Below are positions 21,701 through 34,385 of a DNA stretch of 54,743 nt, piece by piece. The stretch is from Gekko japonicus. Lineage: Eukaryota. The stretch covers positions 293,454 through 348,196 of the forward strand of contig NW_015177038.1 in the NCBI RefSeq assembly GCF_001447785.1, in the 5' to 3' direction. Every line of letters starts with the position of its first letter. The first letter of the stretch is position 1. The translations under genes and the position numbers were made by a program. A model generated the notes under the pieces. The model was not told where the DNA came from. It did no database searches and saw only the letters and a list, made by a program, of their open reading frames with translations.

Positions 21701-24265
21701 CCAGATAATGCTGCTGGAAGAAGGTGTGTGTGGGGGGAAATGCCTGCATGATGGCATTTGAGCAGGAAAGTCCAAGTTGTCTCTGCAAAGTATGGCTCCT
21801 CTATAAGTCTGGATGCTGGTTCCTTGTGGCTGCGATTCTCAGGGAGGCTGACGTGCCATCTACCTGGGTCTGCAGTGACTTAGAAATGCAGGGATGGATG
21901 GCATCAGGTCTTCTATGGGTCCACTTCTGAACCAACATGCTGAAGGCTTTCCTTGGCTATGCACATGTCTCTGTGTCCAGTAAGTGGGCTCTGTCACATG
22001 GTCACCAATCAGACCTTTTTCCCTGGCACACTCATTGTACTGTCTAGATTTAAAGTTAAACTTCAAGTCCATACTGCATAAGAAGCTTGCAGGGCAACAG
22101 CCAGCCACCCCTGAAGACTGCTGGCCCCCAGCCTGACAACATCCATGCATGTCTGGCCTCATTGTGGACATCGTTGATGGAGATCAGCATTCCATCTCGT
22201 CCGTGAGCCTTGGGAGTTTTTCATTGGGTGCCGGGTCCCTCTGGTGGGTGGACCCAAACCCCTCATCCTTGAGATACTTCAGGTCCTGGCTGCTAGTCCA
22301 CCAGAGCCCTCCTGCCACAGCCATGCAGAGAGTCACATTCATTAGGTCCCTATCACCTTCCTGGGCAGGGTGGGAGGCTTGGCCCCAACCAGTCCTCATG
22401 TCAAAAGGGCTGGGTGGTTGGCCCCAGAAAGACACAGCCACCCACAACCATGCAGGTGGTCCCTGAGGAGGTCCTCTGGGAGGTGGATGCCTGTAGCTTA
22501 ACCAGTTCTGCTCTGTACTGACTGAAACCGGCACTGGACAGATCTTCCAGAAGCAGTTTCCTGGGGGCACCTGGCTTGGGGGTCTGCTACTCAGACCCCC
22601 CAGACCCGACAGGGATGTGACATGTGGAGCATGTGGAGGGCCACCTCAGGGAGTGACTGTGCAAGTTGGAGGTCTCTAGCTCACTCGAGTTAGTTTTGGT
22701 TGCTCCCAAACCAGCAGGGGTGACATCCCATTGAAAAGCATTGTTACTTTGGGGGTCTGTAGCTCTGTCCCCAAAGTCCAATGGGGATCAAACTTGGTGG
22801 GCACATCGAGGTGAGTGAGCTGGAATTACCCTGAGAATTTGGAGCCATGAGAACCCCCAGGGGTTTTTTTTGCATCCAGACCAGTTCATGAACCAGTTCA
22901 CGAACCGGCCGTGGTTCAGTTTGAGAACCAGTCCAGAAACTGGGTCGGTCTGGTTAAATTCAGTCCAGTGCAACTTGAGGAAAGTGCCCATCCCTACTGT
23001 TTATCCTGTGTTAATCTGGGCCCCTGCATACTAACCATTTCATTGCACCTAAAGTCATGTGGTGCCCACATACTTGTGAATACCCCATAGATAATGCTTT
23101 AAACCTTGAATGATAGCGTCTTGTCTGGCTGAATTTGGAGAATCCCCCCCATATATATGGTGTAGGCTACTAACTAGTTGGTTCCAATTTGTCCATTTTG
23201 TTTGAACTTTTCCTTGGGTTCCTCCTTGGATACTTCCTTGATCTCATGCACAAGAGATTTTTAAAAAGTCTACACATTCCCTCCTTAAAGTATTTAACTT
23301 TGGGTTAGGAGGTAGGTGGTTCCCAAGTGGAAGAGCTAGGTCCCAATAAGGGTTTGGCAGAAGGTGCCCACTCTGGCCTGCAGGGCCCATTCTGCCTTGC
23401 CCTCTTTGGGGTTACTAACTCCCTGGAGGGGCTTCTCCTTTTTACTCTCCAGTAGCCTCCACCACCACCTGATCAATACAGGGATTTCCCACTGAAGGGA
23501 TCAGGACCCTCAGCTCCCCTTCCAAGCTCAAATGCCTTGCCTCAGTGTTTCTCGCTAGCCCAGTCCCTGGCTACCACGGGGACAGATTAATGCCTTGTGC
23601 CCCTACTATACAGCTGTCCCTACTCAGAGCCAGACTGCAAAATTCACCCAGCCAGTTCAGCCACATCTGCCTGCTTTGAAAGGATTAAACCAGATGGTTA
23701 CTCAGTCTCAGACCTGAAGTATCCTTCACCGATGGGGTTGTCCTGCAGAATATTCTGCGATGGCCCAGTTTGTTCAGCCTAGGGTTCCTGTTCTAACTCG
23801 GATAATCTGTCAGAGAAATCACTCGATAGGTTATTTTTGGAACTGATCCCAAAGCTCCCTGGATGATGCAAACAGCAGCCATAGCGTTGGAAAACAAAAC
23901 TAATTAGGTGTATCACAGAGTATTTAATTAGTAAGGATGTCCAGGGCTATAAGAAGTGTTTCGCTGCTTGGTTGTGGGCATTATGTTGAGCATCAGAGCA
24001 AAATATAAGATGGTTTCAGTGAGACTTAACATCAAAGATCTTGAGATATTAAAGAATATTTAGATTTCTTTTTTAAAAATCCAATTTTTTAACTTGGACC
24101 GGGGAGGGCTATGGAATTGACCTCATGACAAATGTCATTATAACACTGTAAGTAGAATGGTGCATCTATCCCCTTTTTATACAATTGCTTAATTATTAAT
24201 TTTTCATAGATTTCCCTTTCTGTTTCGATATCCAGCCTTTCTTTTGTGCCTTCTGGTGAAGCAAA

Positions 24266-25204
24266 ATGGACAAGATGAACAGGACATCATGGACTGAGTT
24301 TGTTTTCCTTGGGTTGTTGAACCACACAACAACCCACACTATTTTCTTTGGTGCTCTTCTAGTTGCCTTCTTTATCGCCTTGTTTGGGAATTGTCTCTTT
24401 CTTTTGCTGATCCAAACAGGTTCTGATTTTCAGACCCCCATGTATTTCTTCCTCAGTCAGTTGTCCTTTATGGACATTTGCCAGATCTTCACCATTGTTC
24501 CTAAAATGTCAATGGACTTCTTAACCAAGAAGAATGTCATTTCATTGGCCGGATGTGGCATCCAGATATTCTTCACATTGACCATGGGAGGGGGAGAATG
24601 TCTCCTGCTGACTGTGATGTCCTATGACAGGTATGTGGCAATATGCAAGCCCTTGCAATATCCTGTACTCATGACCAGGAAGATCTGCCTAGTCTTGTCG
24701 GCAGGAGTCTGGATCGGTGCCTCTTTTCATGCTCTGATACACACCATTTCTATTATTCGTCTATCCTTCTGTAAGTCAAATGTCATCAATCAGTTTTTCT
24801 GCACAGTTCCAAGTGTGCTGAAGTTGTCTTGTTCTGAGACATCCACCTATGAGAAAGGATTGTTCCTCACTGGCCTTGTGATGCTTCTTAGTCCTTTCTC
24901 AGTCATTCTGGCTTCCTATGTTTCCATCCTTTTGACAGTCCTGGGAATGAAGTCAATTGAAGGAAGGCGCAAGGCATTTGGCACCTGCATATCCCACCTG
25001 TGTGTGGTGGGCATCTTCTATGGAGCAGCCAGTTTTAAATATATGAGACCTGGGTCGTACAGAACACCACGACAGGATAAGATTGTCTCTGTGTTTTGTG
25101 ACGTTGTGACCCCTATGCTGAACCCCCTGATCTACAGTCTGAGGAACAGAGATATTTTAGCAGTACTGAGAAAATGGCTTGGAAAATGCGGTTCACACAC
25201 CTGA
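24266..25204 (+). CDS. Olfactory receptor, class II (OR2T/2AG-like), intact
   Basis: 312 aa: [46 protein letters not shown]. Confidence 0.96.
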   Translation: MDKMNRTSWTEFVFLGLLNHTTTHTIFFGALLVAFFIALFGNCLFLLLIQTGSDFQTPMYFFLSQLSFMDICQIFTIVPKMSMDFLTKKNVISLAGCGIQIFFTLTMGGGECLLLTVMSYDRYVAICKPLQYPVLMTRKICLVLSAGVWIGASFHALIHTISIIRLSFCKSNVINQFFCTVPSVLKLSCSETSTYEKGLFLTGLVMLLSPFSVILASYVSILLTVLGMKSIEGRRKAFGTCISHLCVVGIFYGAASFKYMRPGSYRTPRQDKIVSVFCDVVTPMLNPLIYSLRNRDILAVLRKWLGKCGSHT

Positions 25205-26113
25205 AGGACAGCTAGACCTAGATCTGTGATAATTTTAAAAGTTGCTAATCCAATGGCTAAATATTAGACTTTAGAAAGTTCCAATATATTGGATTTAAGA
25301 CGAAGTAGATCTCACTCTCTTAAACGTCTCAGTTTTCCACCTTTAATAACTACCCAGTCAACATAATATGCTCATACATGCTGTTTGATCAGATAATCCC
25401 TGTTACAGCTCCCTATAATCTCAGAGGATTTTAGGCATGTAGTATCAGACCATCTCTCTCTCCATCTTTGAGGTGGTATCCTATGGTAGCATTTGTAGGG
25501 CTTATTTTGAGGGCTATAAAATAGCGGGTTCCCTGATGTTAGATAAAATGTCTATTTTTCTGTCAGGACACTGAGTCACTTGAGGCAAGGTTGAAAAGAA
25601 CAAAATAGTTTTATTCTTCTCAGACGGATTTTTTTTTTTTTGGTAAAGTTGTCAGAAATACTATGAACAGGTTACAAATGAAGTAATACTACAGCAGCTC
25701 AGGCCAAGGTAAAATATTATCTTCTTCCCAAATTACAGTGTACAAGAATAGTGTATATGAATTAACTTAATAATTCACAATGACTTCGCAGCCAATTTCT
25801 CACTTACTTAGGGGAATTATTTGAACCAGATTAGACCCACTGGCATGCAGGACTTCAAATCTACCCGGTCTGTTTTACCCTGGAGACAGACTCTTGTTAA
25901 TAATTTCATCTGCTCTCTTCCTTTCCAAGAGTGAGACACCAAACTAACATGTCTGCTCACTCCCAGAGACAGGCCTTAAATCCACATGCCTGCTTTCCTC
26001 AGATTCTCACACCTTCAGCTGCTAACCCTCAGCTCAAAAATCTTTCCCTGAACATTCTATCAGCTCTCTGGTTGGATGTTACAACCACATTCAAATCCAC
26101 TCAGACATACAGC

Positions 26114-26319
26114 CAGTGTTCCCTCTAAACTGAGTTTGTGTGACCTAGGTCACAGTTTTTTAAACTCCAGCTCACACATTCTTGTCTTAGCTCAGGAAGA
26201 ATGGCTCCAGAGCAAACTAATTTATGGAGTAACCAAATTGCTCGCTCACAACTTTAATGCCAGTAGCTCACAAAGTAGATTTTTTGCTCACAAGACTCCA
26301 CTGCTTAGAGGGAGCACTG
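26114..26319 (+). mobile_element. hAT MITE (CAGTGTTCCCTCTAAG family)
   Basis: TIRs CAGTGTTCCCTCTAA / TTAGAGGGAGCACTG; degenerate TSD CATACAGC / CATACGGT. Confidence 0.85.
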
Positions 26320-27675
26320 CATACGGTAGATGATTGATCGCTTGAAAGTTCAGGGTTGACAGGCCCTCCATTAAAACAAGAGTGTAGAGGTTTTGCCATA
26401 GCTAGTTATTAGGGTTAGCTTGTACGTGAGCCCCACCTCAATGTGCAAGAGAGACCAAGTGATGTTGCATCTGAAAAAGGGTAAGTGCCAAGCTAATTGG
26501 GCAGCTTCTTGTGTTCTGTAACAGGGTTAGAAAGCCAAGGCACTAGATTCTGTCCCTCTCATGATTGGGTGTCTACCTAGTTCCAAGATAAATACCTTCA
26601 TTTAAAAGGCCAAGCCATCAAAGAAAGTAGAAAACTAGCAGCAGAGTGGGGGCTATCCAACATATTGTGCTTTGTAATATGATATGTATGATTACCTGAC
26701 TGCTAGGTAAAAGTTGTGACTTCTGGGTGCATGCTTGGTGCAATAGATCCTGGGTTTCAAGGATGGAGCCCATACCCTTGAGATTAAAATTGCTGCCCTG
26801 CCGAAAGTGGTCAAGCATAGTAGAACCTAGCAGTCACTGCAAAAGATCTTACAGTGCTATTCTCACAAGAATGACACCCTTCTAAGCACATTGATCAATA
26901 CCCGAAGCTCAATCAATATCCTTGTGCCCCCTTTCTTTTCCATTCTATAATATTTTTCAGTAGCTATGTCAGAAAGTTTATTTATTGTTTGGGAGTGTGC
27001 TAGCTTCATAGATCTTGTCTATAATGAAGGGAAAGCCTTGCTATGAAGAAACTCATGAAGGCTTCCCCAAAGGGAACTCCTGCCTTGCCAGTCCTTTGGA
27101 GTTGCTTTTGATAGTGTCAAAGAGGAAACAAATAGAATGATCCAGAGCATAATCCTTGGAACTTTAAAAAAAACACAAAAAAACTTTTGACCAAGTCCCT
27201 CATAGAAGTCTCTTGAGTAGTCCCATGTGATAAAAGGCCCATGTGATACCATGGAGATGTGCACAGATATTTTAACCCATTACTAAATTATGTCTTGTTT
27301 TGTTCTTTAAAACTTTTATCTGTTTTCTTTATTATGGTTATTATACCTGGTCTGATTTTCCACTATGTATTATTAATTTTAATAGGTTTCAATGAGAAGA
27401 CATTTAATTGTGTAACTTATTGTATTTTTTCACCCAGTTAGGATACAATTCACAGAGTGTACCCATTGCACAAAGAGTCCTTTCTGCCAAATTTTACACA
27501 AGCAGGAGAAAGCATTCTCATTTTTGAAGACATTAACATTCTCATGTTCCAAATTAGTAGAGGTAAACAAGAGTTGTGAACTAATTTTTCCTCCTTTTTG
27601 GATGTCCTTTCAAGTGGAAGTGGTAGTCTATTTTAAAACAAAAATATTGTGGTTCAGTGGGAGGTACTATACCAT

Positions 27676-28219
27676 GGCTGAGATCATATGCACAATTAGA
27701 CCTGACAATATGTGCAAGTGCCGAGTGGATTTAAAGGGTGCAATCAGACAACAACATCTGGGAAGTGCCCTGCAGCCGTTGGCAACCCGTTCTGCTCTGT
27801 CACAGAAGTGGAGTTAAAAGACACCAGGGAAAACCCGGTAGTAAATGGGTTGCGACGGGCCACGGATGGACTTTCCTGTGTCTGATCGCTCCAGCATGCT
27901 CTCATGACGTTGGGATGGTCTGATCAGGCTATCCTGACTCTGTGCCGTTGGTTTTCCCCCCCTTCTCATTATGCACATCATCACAAACTCCATAGGGAGC
28001 CCTCAGTGTGGAGATGCGATTCATTGATTCCTCGTTTAAGCGCATTGGAAACAAATGGCAAAAAAACACCCCGACTCACCTGTGGTTGCATCTGATCACG
28101 CAGTGGCAGGCTATGCCCGCAGCTTCCAAGGACTGTGATTGCACAACTGCAAGTCAAATTCCTCTGTAGGAAATAGCCTCGCTTCCTCTCTGCTTCATCT
28201 GGCTCGTGTGACTGCAACC
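27676..28219 (+). mobile_element. PIF/Harbinger-like MITE (GGCTGC.RTCAC family)
   Basis: Termini GGCTGAGATCATA / GTGTGACTGCAACC; internal ACATCTGGGAAG shared with 31580, 33870 and 42743 copies. Confidence 0.75.
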
Positions 28220-28360
28220 TCAGAGCTCTCTCAGTCCCACCTATCTCACAGAGTGACTGTTGTGGAGAGGGGAAGGGAAGGTGATTGTAAGCCACTCTGA
28301 GACTCTGTGTGAAGGGCAGGGTATAAATCCAACTCTCCTCCTCCTCCTCCTCCTTCTGCT
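28220..28360 (+). mobile_element. 5'-truncated Squam3-like SINE
   Basis: Core and tail only. Confidence 0.75.
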
Positions 28361-28634
28361 CTTCCATAAGAGAAATTCTGTTCCATTGGAGGAAATGTGT
28401 GGTTGGATACATGCCAATGTCCTTGGATCAGTTTTTAGAGAATTAGTGAAACAAATGGCATGGAAAGCAGCCTGATGTGGACTGAAAATGATGAAATTTT
28501 GAGAGCAGCAGAGTGTTGATTGGGGGGGGGGAATATGTTTGTGTGTGTGGGGGGGGGGAGGGTCAGCTTGCTCAAGCCCTGGATAGCTTAAAGAAAACCT
28601 GACAGGGGGATTTGGAAGGCGGGATGGGGTTTCC

Positions 28635-29352
28635 AGTTTGTTCCTCTAAACACCTTGTCTCAAAACTACTGAGTTGGATGAAATCCTGCAACCTCCCTGG
28701 AAGAGAGCAGATCGGTTTTGTAACTAACCACTCTACTCTTGATCACTGTATAGTACTATCTTATTTAGCAGAGAAATATCTCCGTTTCCCCAGAGGCAAA
28801 CTTTATGCTGCCATTATCAATCTCCAAAAGACTTTTGACTCTGTTGATAGGCAAATCTTATGGGATAAATCAGGTGGGATGACTATAGATCACCGACTAC
28901 TCTTTTTAATAAGTAAACTCCACCAATCGAATACTTGTCAAGTTAGGTATGGCAAGAAGGGCCTTTTAAAAGTCTTATAGGATAAATTAGGTAGGATGAC
29001 TATAGACCATTGACTACTCTTCCTAGTACGTAAACTCCATCAATCAAATACTTGCCAAATTAGGTATGGTAAGAAGGGTTTTTTAACCCATAAAATACCT
29101 GTTTCAAAGGGCATTAAGCAGGGATGTGTATTAGCTCCAGCCTTATTTAATCTTTTTCTATCTGACCTCCCTACATATCTTGCAGCAATAGATGGACAGA
29201 TTGCTGAATTCTTGTCCAAGATTTTGGCAGCAATTTTTAATACTGATGTGTTTTAAGATTTGCAGATGTAATGTTACCTGACCAAGTTTATATTTTTATT
29301 TTATTGTTTTATATGCCAATAAAGGTGTTATATTGTTGTATTGTTGTTGTTG
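28635..29352 (+). mobile_element. Degenerate non-LTR RT fragment (RTE-X-like) with internal duplication and 3' tail
   Basis: EQIGF...STLDH...LQKTFDSVDR...KGIKQGCVLAPALFNLFL RT motifs; ~118-bp duplication (~28862-29085); GCCAATAAAGG..(TTG)n end. Confidence 0.75.
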
Positions 29353-30607
29353 CTTAATAGCTCTGTGGGTGGAAGGAGGATTTGGATTGGATTGCTATTA
29401 CATGGAATTAATGCTGAGGAATCCTTAATAAGTAGTTTTGTCTTATATAGAGAAGTGATCAGATCTTTCCTCATCACTTCCCTCTTGTACCTATTCTGGT
29501 TTGGTGGGGTGTTTATAGGATTGGAGGATATCTTAGCTTCTACCTCTAGAAATCAGATGGGTTGTATTTGATGGGTGAAGGGGACAAAGCCTTGACCCCT
29601 GGGTCTGTGCCCTCCATAATCTGCAAATCAATAGAAGAAAGAAGTGTGATCCACCGCCTGGCCTACTGTTTTATCCCACCCATCAGTCTGTAAAGAAGGT
29701 GTGTAGTCGATCACGGGGGAAAGTCTTTTCCTTTTCCTCCCCCACTCTGTACAATTCCACCTGTCAGCCAGCCAGTACAAACAAAGTAATTGACCGTATC
29801 ATCAACAGCAGTACAAGTATACTGTAACCCTCAGTGAAGGGGCCAAGCTTTGCCTTTATGCTCACTTCCAGTCTATGTAGCTCTGCCTGCCAGCCAGCAT
29901 GTATATGCAAAGCTTTGCTGCCATCTAGCAGGGGCATCCTTAGGTCTGAATTGTTCCCACCCTGCAGCTATCTACTCTCCAGAAGTTAGACGTAGTTTGC
30001 TGGTGGAGACAAAAAAGGTGTTATGGTCAGTTTTAGTTATTGCTATTTATTTATTTACTTTCAAGATTGTTATGAAGATACAGTCCTTAGTATCCATCAT
30101 GGCTATTATTTTTATTGTTATTATCTCTACCTTCATAAATTACCATGAGGATACAGAGCCTTTCAACTTAGAAATGTATCAGGTCTATCTATTCTTTATC
30201 TAATCTGAAAGAAGATATTGAGAGAATATTGTGTACCCAGGATCTCTTCATTGTTGTTTCTCTCATGGTTTACAACTTGTATATGCTCAGTTGTGGAAAG
30301 ATTCTTTGTTTGTGTGACTTGCTGTTTTGCATTGTTCATATTATTATTTGCTCACTGCTACATTGCCATCAGATTGTCAAATCTCACTTTTCAAATAGTG
30401 ACAATGAGTGCAGAAGAAAATTCATATTCACAAAGGAGAATGTTTAGGAGCCAAACCATTTCAGCATTCTTTCTTTCATTGATTGCAGTATCCACAAGTT
30501 CTAGAAAGCTAGACTGAAAGTCACTCCAAGGTTCAAAACCATTCAGGGGAATTTTGTTTCTTGTTACCATCCATTTAATTAAATATTTTGAGACTGCATT
30601 CCCTAGA

Positions 30608-30730
30608 CCAGAGGTGTCAAACTCATTTGTTATGAGGGCCAGATCTGACATAAATGTCACTTTGTTGGGCTGGGCCATGTGTGCCATAAAATGTAATGCC
30701 AGGTAATGGAGATATAAACTGTATAAAGGA
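30608..30730. mobile_element. hAT/Charlie-like transposon end fragment
   Basis: CAGAGGTGTCAAACTCATT...GAGGGCC terminus pattern. Confidence 0.4.
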
Positions 30731-31191
30731 CAGCAGCTGGTAAGCTCCAAGTTGGTGTATTTTCACTTCAAGGCCTCATGGGCCAGGAGGGTGCGTTTGC
30801 AAAGGGTACAGAGGAGGGGGGGTGCTGTTTAACTGATGTAGACAATGTCATTCTGCCATGCTTAAACCACAAAACTCTATGGTCAAAACTCTATGGTAAA
30901 AATAAAAAATGGCTTCTACCACAGAGTTTTTGCCCAGATATCTTCTACCAAAGAAACTTTTGTCCTTTAATAGATCTTTTCTCCATCACGAACTGGCCCT
31001 GGTTTTCCTTCCTCCTATCTGCTCCTGCCATGCCCTCACAGACCTCCAGGGTGCCTCCTTCTGCCCCATTACACTGTTGCCCATATTCCACCCTTTCTCC
31101 TCCAGGGCTGGGGTGCCCAGGGATGTGACAGGTACTCACAACTACTGCAGTGCATTCTCCGGTTGAGTCAGTATTAAAAGGCTGCAGTCCA

Positions 31192-31430
31192 TCATTATTT
31201 GTATTTGTTAATTTTATTAAAACATTTGTATCCTACCTTTCCTCATGGTTCAAGGCAGCTTACAATAACAGTGTTTTTTTAAAAAAAAAATTCAGTTAAA
31301 ACCAAAAACAAAATAACAAACTTCAAATCTCTCCTCCCCTCCTTAAAAGATGCCTGCCATTCAACCCCCCTCAAAAGCCCTGGCAAACAGGCAGGCCTTG
31401 CAGCACCTCCTGAAGATCTCCAAGGAGCAG
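31192..31430 (-). mobile_element. L2 LINE 3' end
   Basis: Minus strand LEIFRRCCKACLFARAF, then TGTAAGCTGCCTTGAACC 3' UTR and AT-rich tail. Confidence 0.65.
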
Positions 31431-31579
31431 AAAAGAAAGAAGCACCCCATCAGACGAACTCCTGCATTAACCAATATGGATTGTTGATTAAATGCCCAAC
31501 TTAAAGCACGACTTAAAAGCACAAGAAAACCCAACCCTTTTGTCAAACTAGTCCCCTCCCCCTGCAAAGCAACATTCAA

Positions 31580-32516
31580 GGCTGCAATCACGTGCACCTT
31601 TAGCTCCAACATAGGCGTGAATGCCTGATGGATCTAAAGGGAGCGATCAGATAGCATAGGGTTGCCAAATGGGGGCGGGGGGCAGGGAATCCCCCGCTTC
31701 GGAGGCCCGATTTTCGACGCGGCGGAATCGGGCCCCGGGGGGAACTCCGCCTCCGAAGCTGCGTCACCGGAGTGAATGCCTGATGGATCTAAAGGGAGTG
31801 ATCAGATAGCAACATCTGGGAAGTGTCTCGCAGCCATCAGCAACCCATGCTGCTCAGCCGCAGAAGCAGTGTTAAAAGACACTGGGGAAAGTCCAGTAGT
31901 AAACGGGTTGTGACGGGCCACGGACGGAAATTCTTCTATCTGATCGCTCAGGCATGCTGTCATACCATTGGGATGGTCTGATCAGGACATCCTGACTCCG
32001 TGTGGTTGTTTTTCCCCCCCTTCACAGTATGCACATTATCACAAACTCCATAGGGAGCTATCAGTGCTGAGGTGCGTGTTGCGCTAAGCGTGTGTAACGG
32101 TCCAATACCAGCACTTATTCAAAGTCCAGTAGTAAACGGGTTGTGACGGGCCACAGACGGAAATTCTTCTATCTGATCGCTCAGGCATGCTGTCATGCCA
32201 TCGCCCATCGGGATAATCTGATCAGGCCATCCTGACTCAGTGTGATTGTTTTTCCCCCCTTCACAGTATGCACATTATCACAAACTCCATAGGGAGCTAT
32301 CAGTGCTGAGGTGCGATTCCTCGTTTAAGTTCATGGGAAACAAACAGCAAAAAAAAAATGGACTCACCTGCAGTTGCATCTTATCACACAGTGACGGGCT
32401 GTGCCCTCAGCTTCAGAGGAATGTGTGATCTCTCAACCACGTTTCTAACTGATCCGGAAGGGATATCCTCACTCTCCCCCCACCCCCCGCTTCATCTGGC
32501 ACGTGTGACTGCAAAC
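31580..32516 (+). mobile_element. PIF/Harbinger-like MITE, internally rearranged
   Basis: GGCTGCAATCACG / CGTGTGACTGCAAAC termini; two internal duplications and a TAGGGTTGCCA insert. Confidence 0.75.
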
Positions 32517-32598
32517 TCAAAAGTGAAATTCAAAGTAAAATGCAAAGTTTTGAAATAATTTTTTCAGATTTTGAACTTATGAGATAATTTGCTGGATA

Positions 32599-33558
32599 TT
32601 ATTTCTGAGACGTACAATTCAAAAACAGCTTTCTGGCTGCAGCTAGAACATCCCGATTCCTCAGGCTGTATATAAAAGGGTTCAGCATTGGGGGGACAAC
32701 AGTGATGCACACGGAGTAAATCATAGACCTCTCCGCAGAGTAGGAATGTACGGGAGTTGAGTATGTAAGCATGGATGCCCCGTAGAAGATGCCAACCACA
32801 CACAAGTGAGACAAGCAGGTCCCCAAGGCCTTTTGCCTGCCTTCAGTTGAGCGCCTGCTCAAAATTTGCACAAGGATGGCTACGTAAGAGGAAACAATGA
32901 CTGAGATTGGGAGAAGAAGTATTATTACATTATCAATATATACCATTTTTTCAAAGGCGGAAGTGTCAGCACAAGATAATTTCAGCAGAGCTGGGAACTC
33001 ACAGACGAAATGGTCGATCACATTGGACCCACAGTAAGGCAGAAACAGTACATAAAAGGCTATGACCATGATCAGAAGCACTGATGAAGACCAGATTCCT
33101 ACTGTCAGAGCAAGGCAGATTTTTCTCCTCATGAGGACTGAGTATTGTAAGGGTCTACAGATGGCCACGTACCTGTCGTATGACATGGAGGCCAAGACAA
33201 AGCATTCTGAGCTCCCCATAGTCAGAGTGAGAAAAATCTGGGCCACACACCCCGAGAGTGAAATGGTGTTTCTTTGGGTTAAAAAGTTCACTGACATCTT
33301 CGGGACCACAATGAGGACTTGGCCCATATCCATGCAGGCCAGTTGACTAAGGAACAAGTACATTGGGGTGTGAAGGGTGGAGTTAGTTTGGATTAGAAAC
33401 AGGAGGAGACAGTTCCCCATCAGAGCAATGGAAGCCATAAAGAGAACTATGGCAAAGAAAACGGTGGGAGTCCTGTGATGAATGAGCCCCACGAGAAGAA
33501 ACTCTGTCCATGATGTTACATTCTCATTTCCCATGCTTTGTTTGGCTTCATTTCTCAT
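32599..33558 (-). CDS. Olfactory receptor, class II (OR2T/2AG-like), intact
   Basis: 319 aa (second ATG, MGNENVT, is also plausible): GN, LHTPMY, MSYDRYVAICRPLQY, HFVCE, KALGTCLSH, PMLNPFIYSLRN. Confidence 0.96.
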   Translation of the reverse strand: MRNEAKQSMGNENVTSWTEFLLVGLIHHRTPTVFFAIVLFMASIALMGNCLLLFLIQTNSTLHTPMYLFLSQLACMDMGQVLIVVPKMSVNFLTQRNTISLSGCVAQIFLTLTMGSSECFVLASMSYDRYVAICRPLQYSVLMRRKICLALTVGIWSSSVLLIMVIAFYVLFLPYCGSNVIDHFVCEFPALLKLSCADTSAFEKMVYIDNVIILLLPISVIVSSYVAILVQILSRRSTEGRQKALGTCLSHLCVVGIFYGASMLTYSTPVHSYSAERSMIYSVCITVVPPMLNPFIYSLRNRDVLAAARKLFLNCTSQK

Positions 33559-33869
33559 GCTTCGTGTGTCTAGATATGATCATAATAGAGCAAGTCATTG
33601 AAATGTTACAGAAAATCTTATCTATTGTGAAAGTTTTCTATTAATGGGCAATTCTCAAAGCTGCCTTTTAAAAGTCACTGATTTAAACTGAGTACTGATC
33701 TGTTGCAAAAATTCACTTGCAGAAGCATTTGCACTGACACTGGCAGATACCCATATATTTTAGGAATAGGTGGAGAGTTTCCAGTCTCACATACTTTAAT
33801 CCATACTTTCTGTCAGGATACAGCACCTCCCATACACTGATTGACTTTCCTAATTGCCAGATTCTCTGG

Positions 33870-34385
33870 GGCTGCGATCATATGCACCTTTAGATTTGAC
33901 ATAGCTGTGAATGCCTGACGGATCTAAAGGGCATGATCACACAGCAACATCTGGGAAGCGTCCTGCAGTCGTCAGCAACCCGTGCTGCTCCGCCGCAGAA
34001 GCAGAGTTAAAAGACACTGGGGAAAGTCTGGCTCTAACAGGTTCCAATGGGCCATGGACAGACTTTCCTCTGTCTGATCGCACAAGCACGCTCTCATGCC
34101 ATTGGGATAGTCTGATCATGCCATCCCGGTGCCAGTCCACACACCCCCTCGCAGTATGTGCATCATCGCATACTCCGTAGGGGGCTCTCAGTGCAGAGGT
34201 GCAATTCTTTGTTTATGTGCATGGGAAACAAACAACCAAAAAACCCCGAATCACCCGCAGTTGTGTCTGATCACACAGTTACAGGCTGAGCCTGCAGCTA
34301 CAAAGGGAGGTGTGATCTCGCAACTGTGTGTCAAAGAAATAGCCTCACTTCCCATCCGCGTCAACTGGCATGTGTGACCGTATCC
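33870..34385 (+). mobile_element. PIF/Harbinger-like MITE
   Basis: GGCTGCGATCATA / TGTGACCGTATCC termini; 3-bp TSD TGG. Confidence 0.82.

Larger units (their letters stand above)
18001..22996. mobile_element. Large hAT-type DNA transposon with nested elements
   Basis: Perfect 13-bp TIRs TAGGGATGGGCAC / GTGCCCATCCCTA and perfect 8-bp TSD CTGTTTAT (17993-18000, 22997-23004). Confidence 0.88.

Noticed and set aside
23005-23870. Possible LINE ORF1 remnant on the minus strand
   Set aside because: Many stops and no diagnostic motif
25561-26361. Solo LTR (TGTCA...TGACA)
   Set aside because: No matching TSD; boundaries unverified
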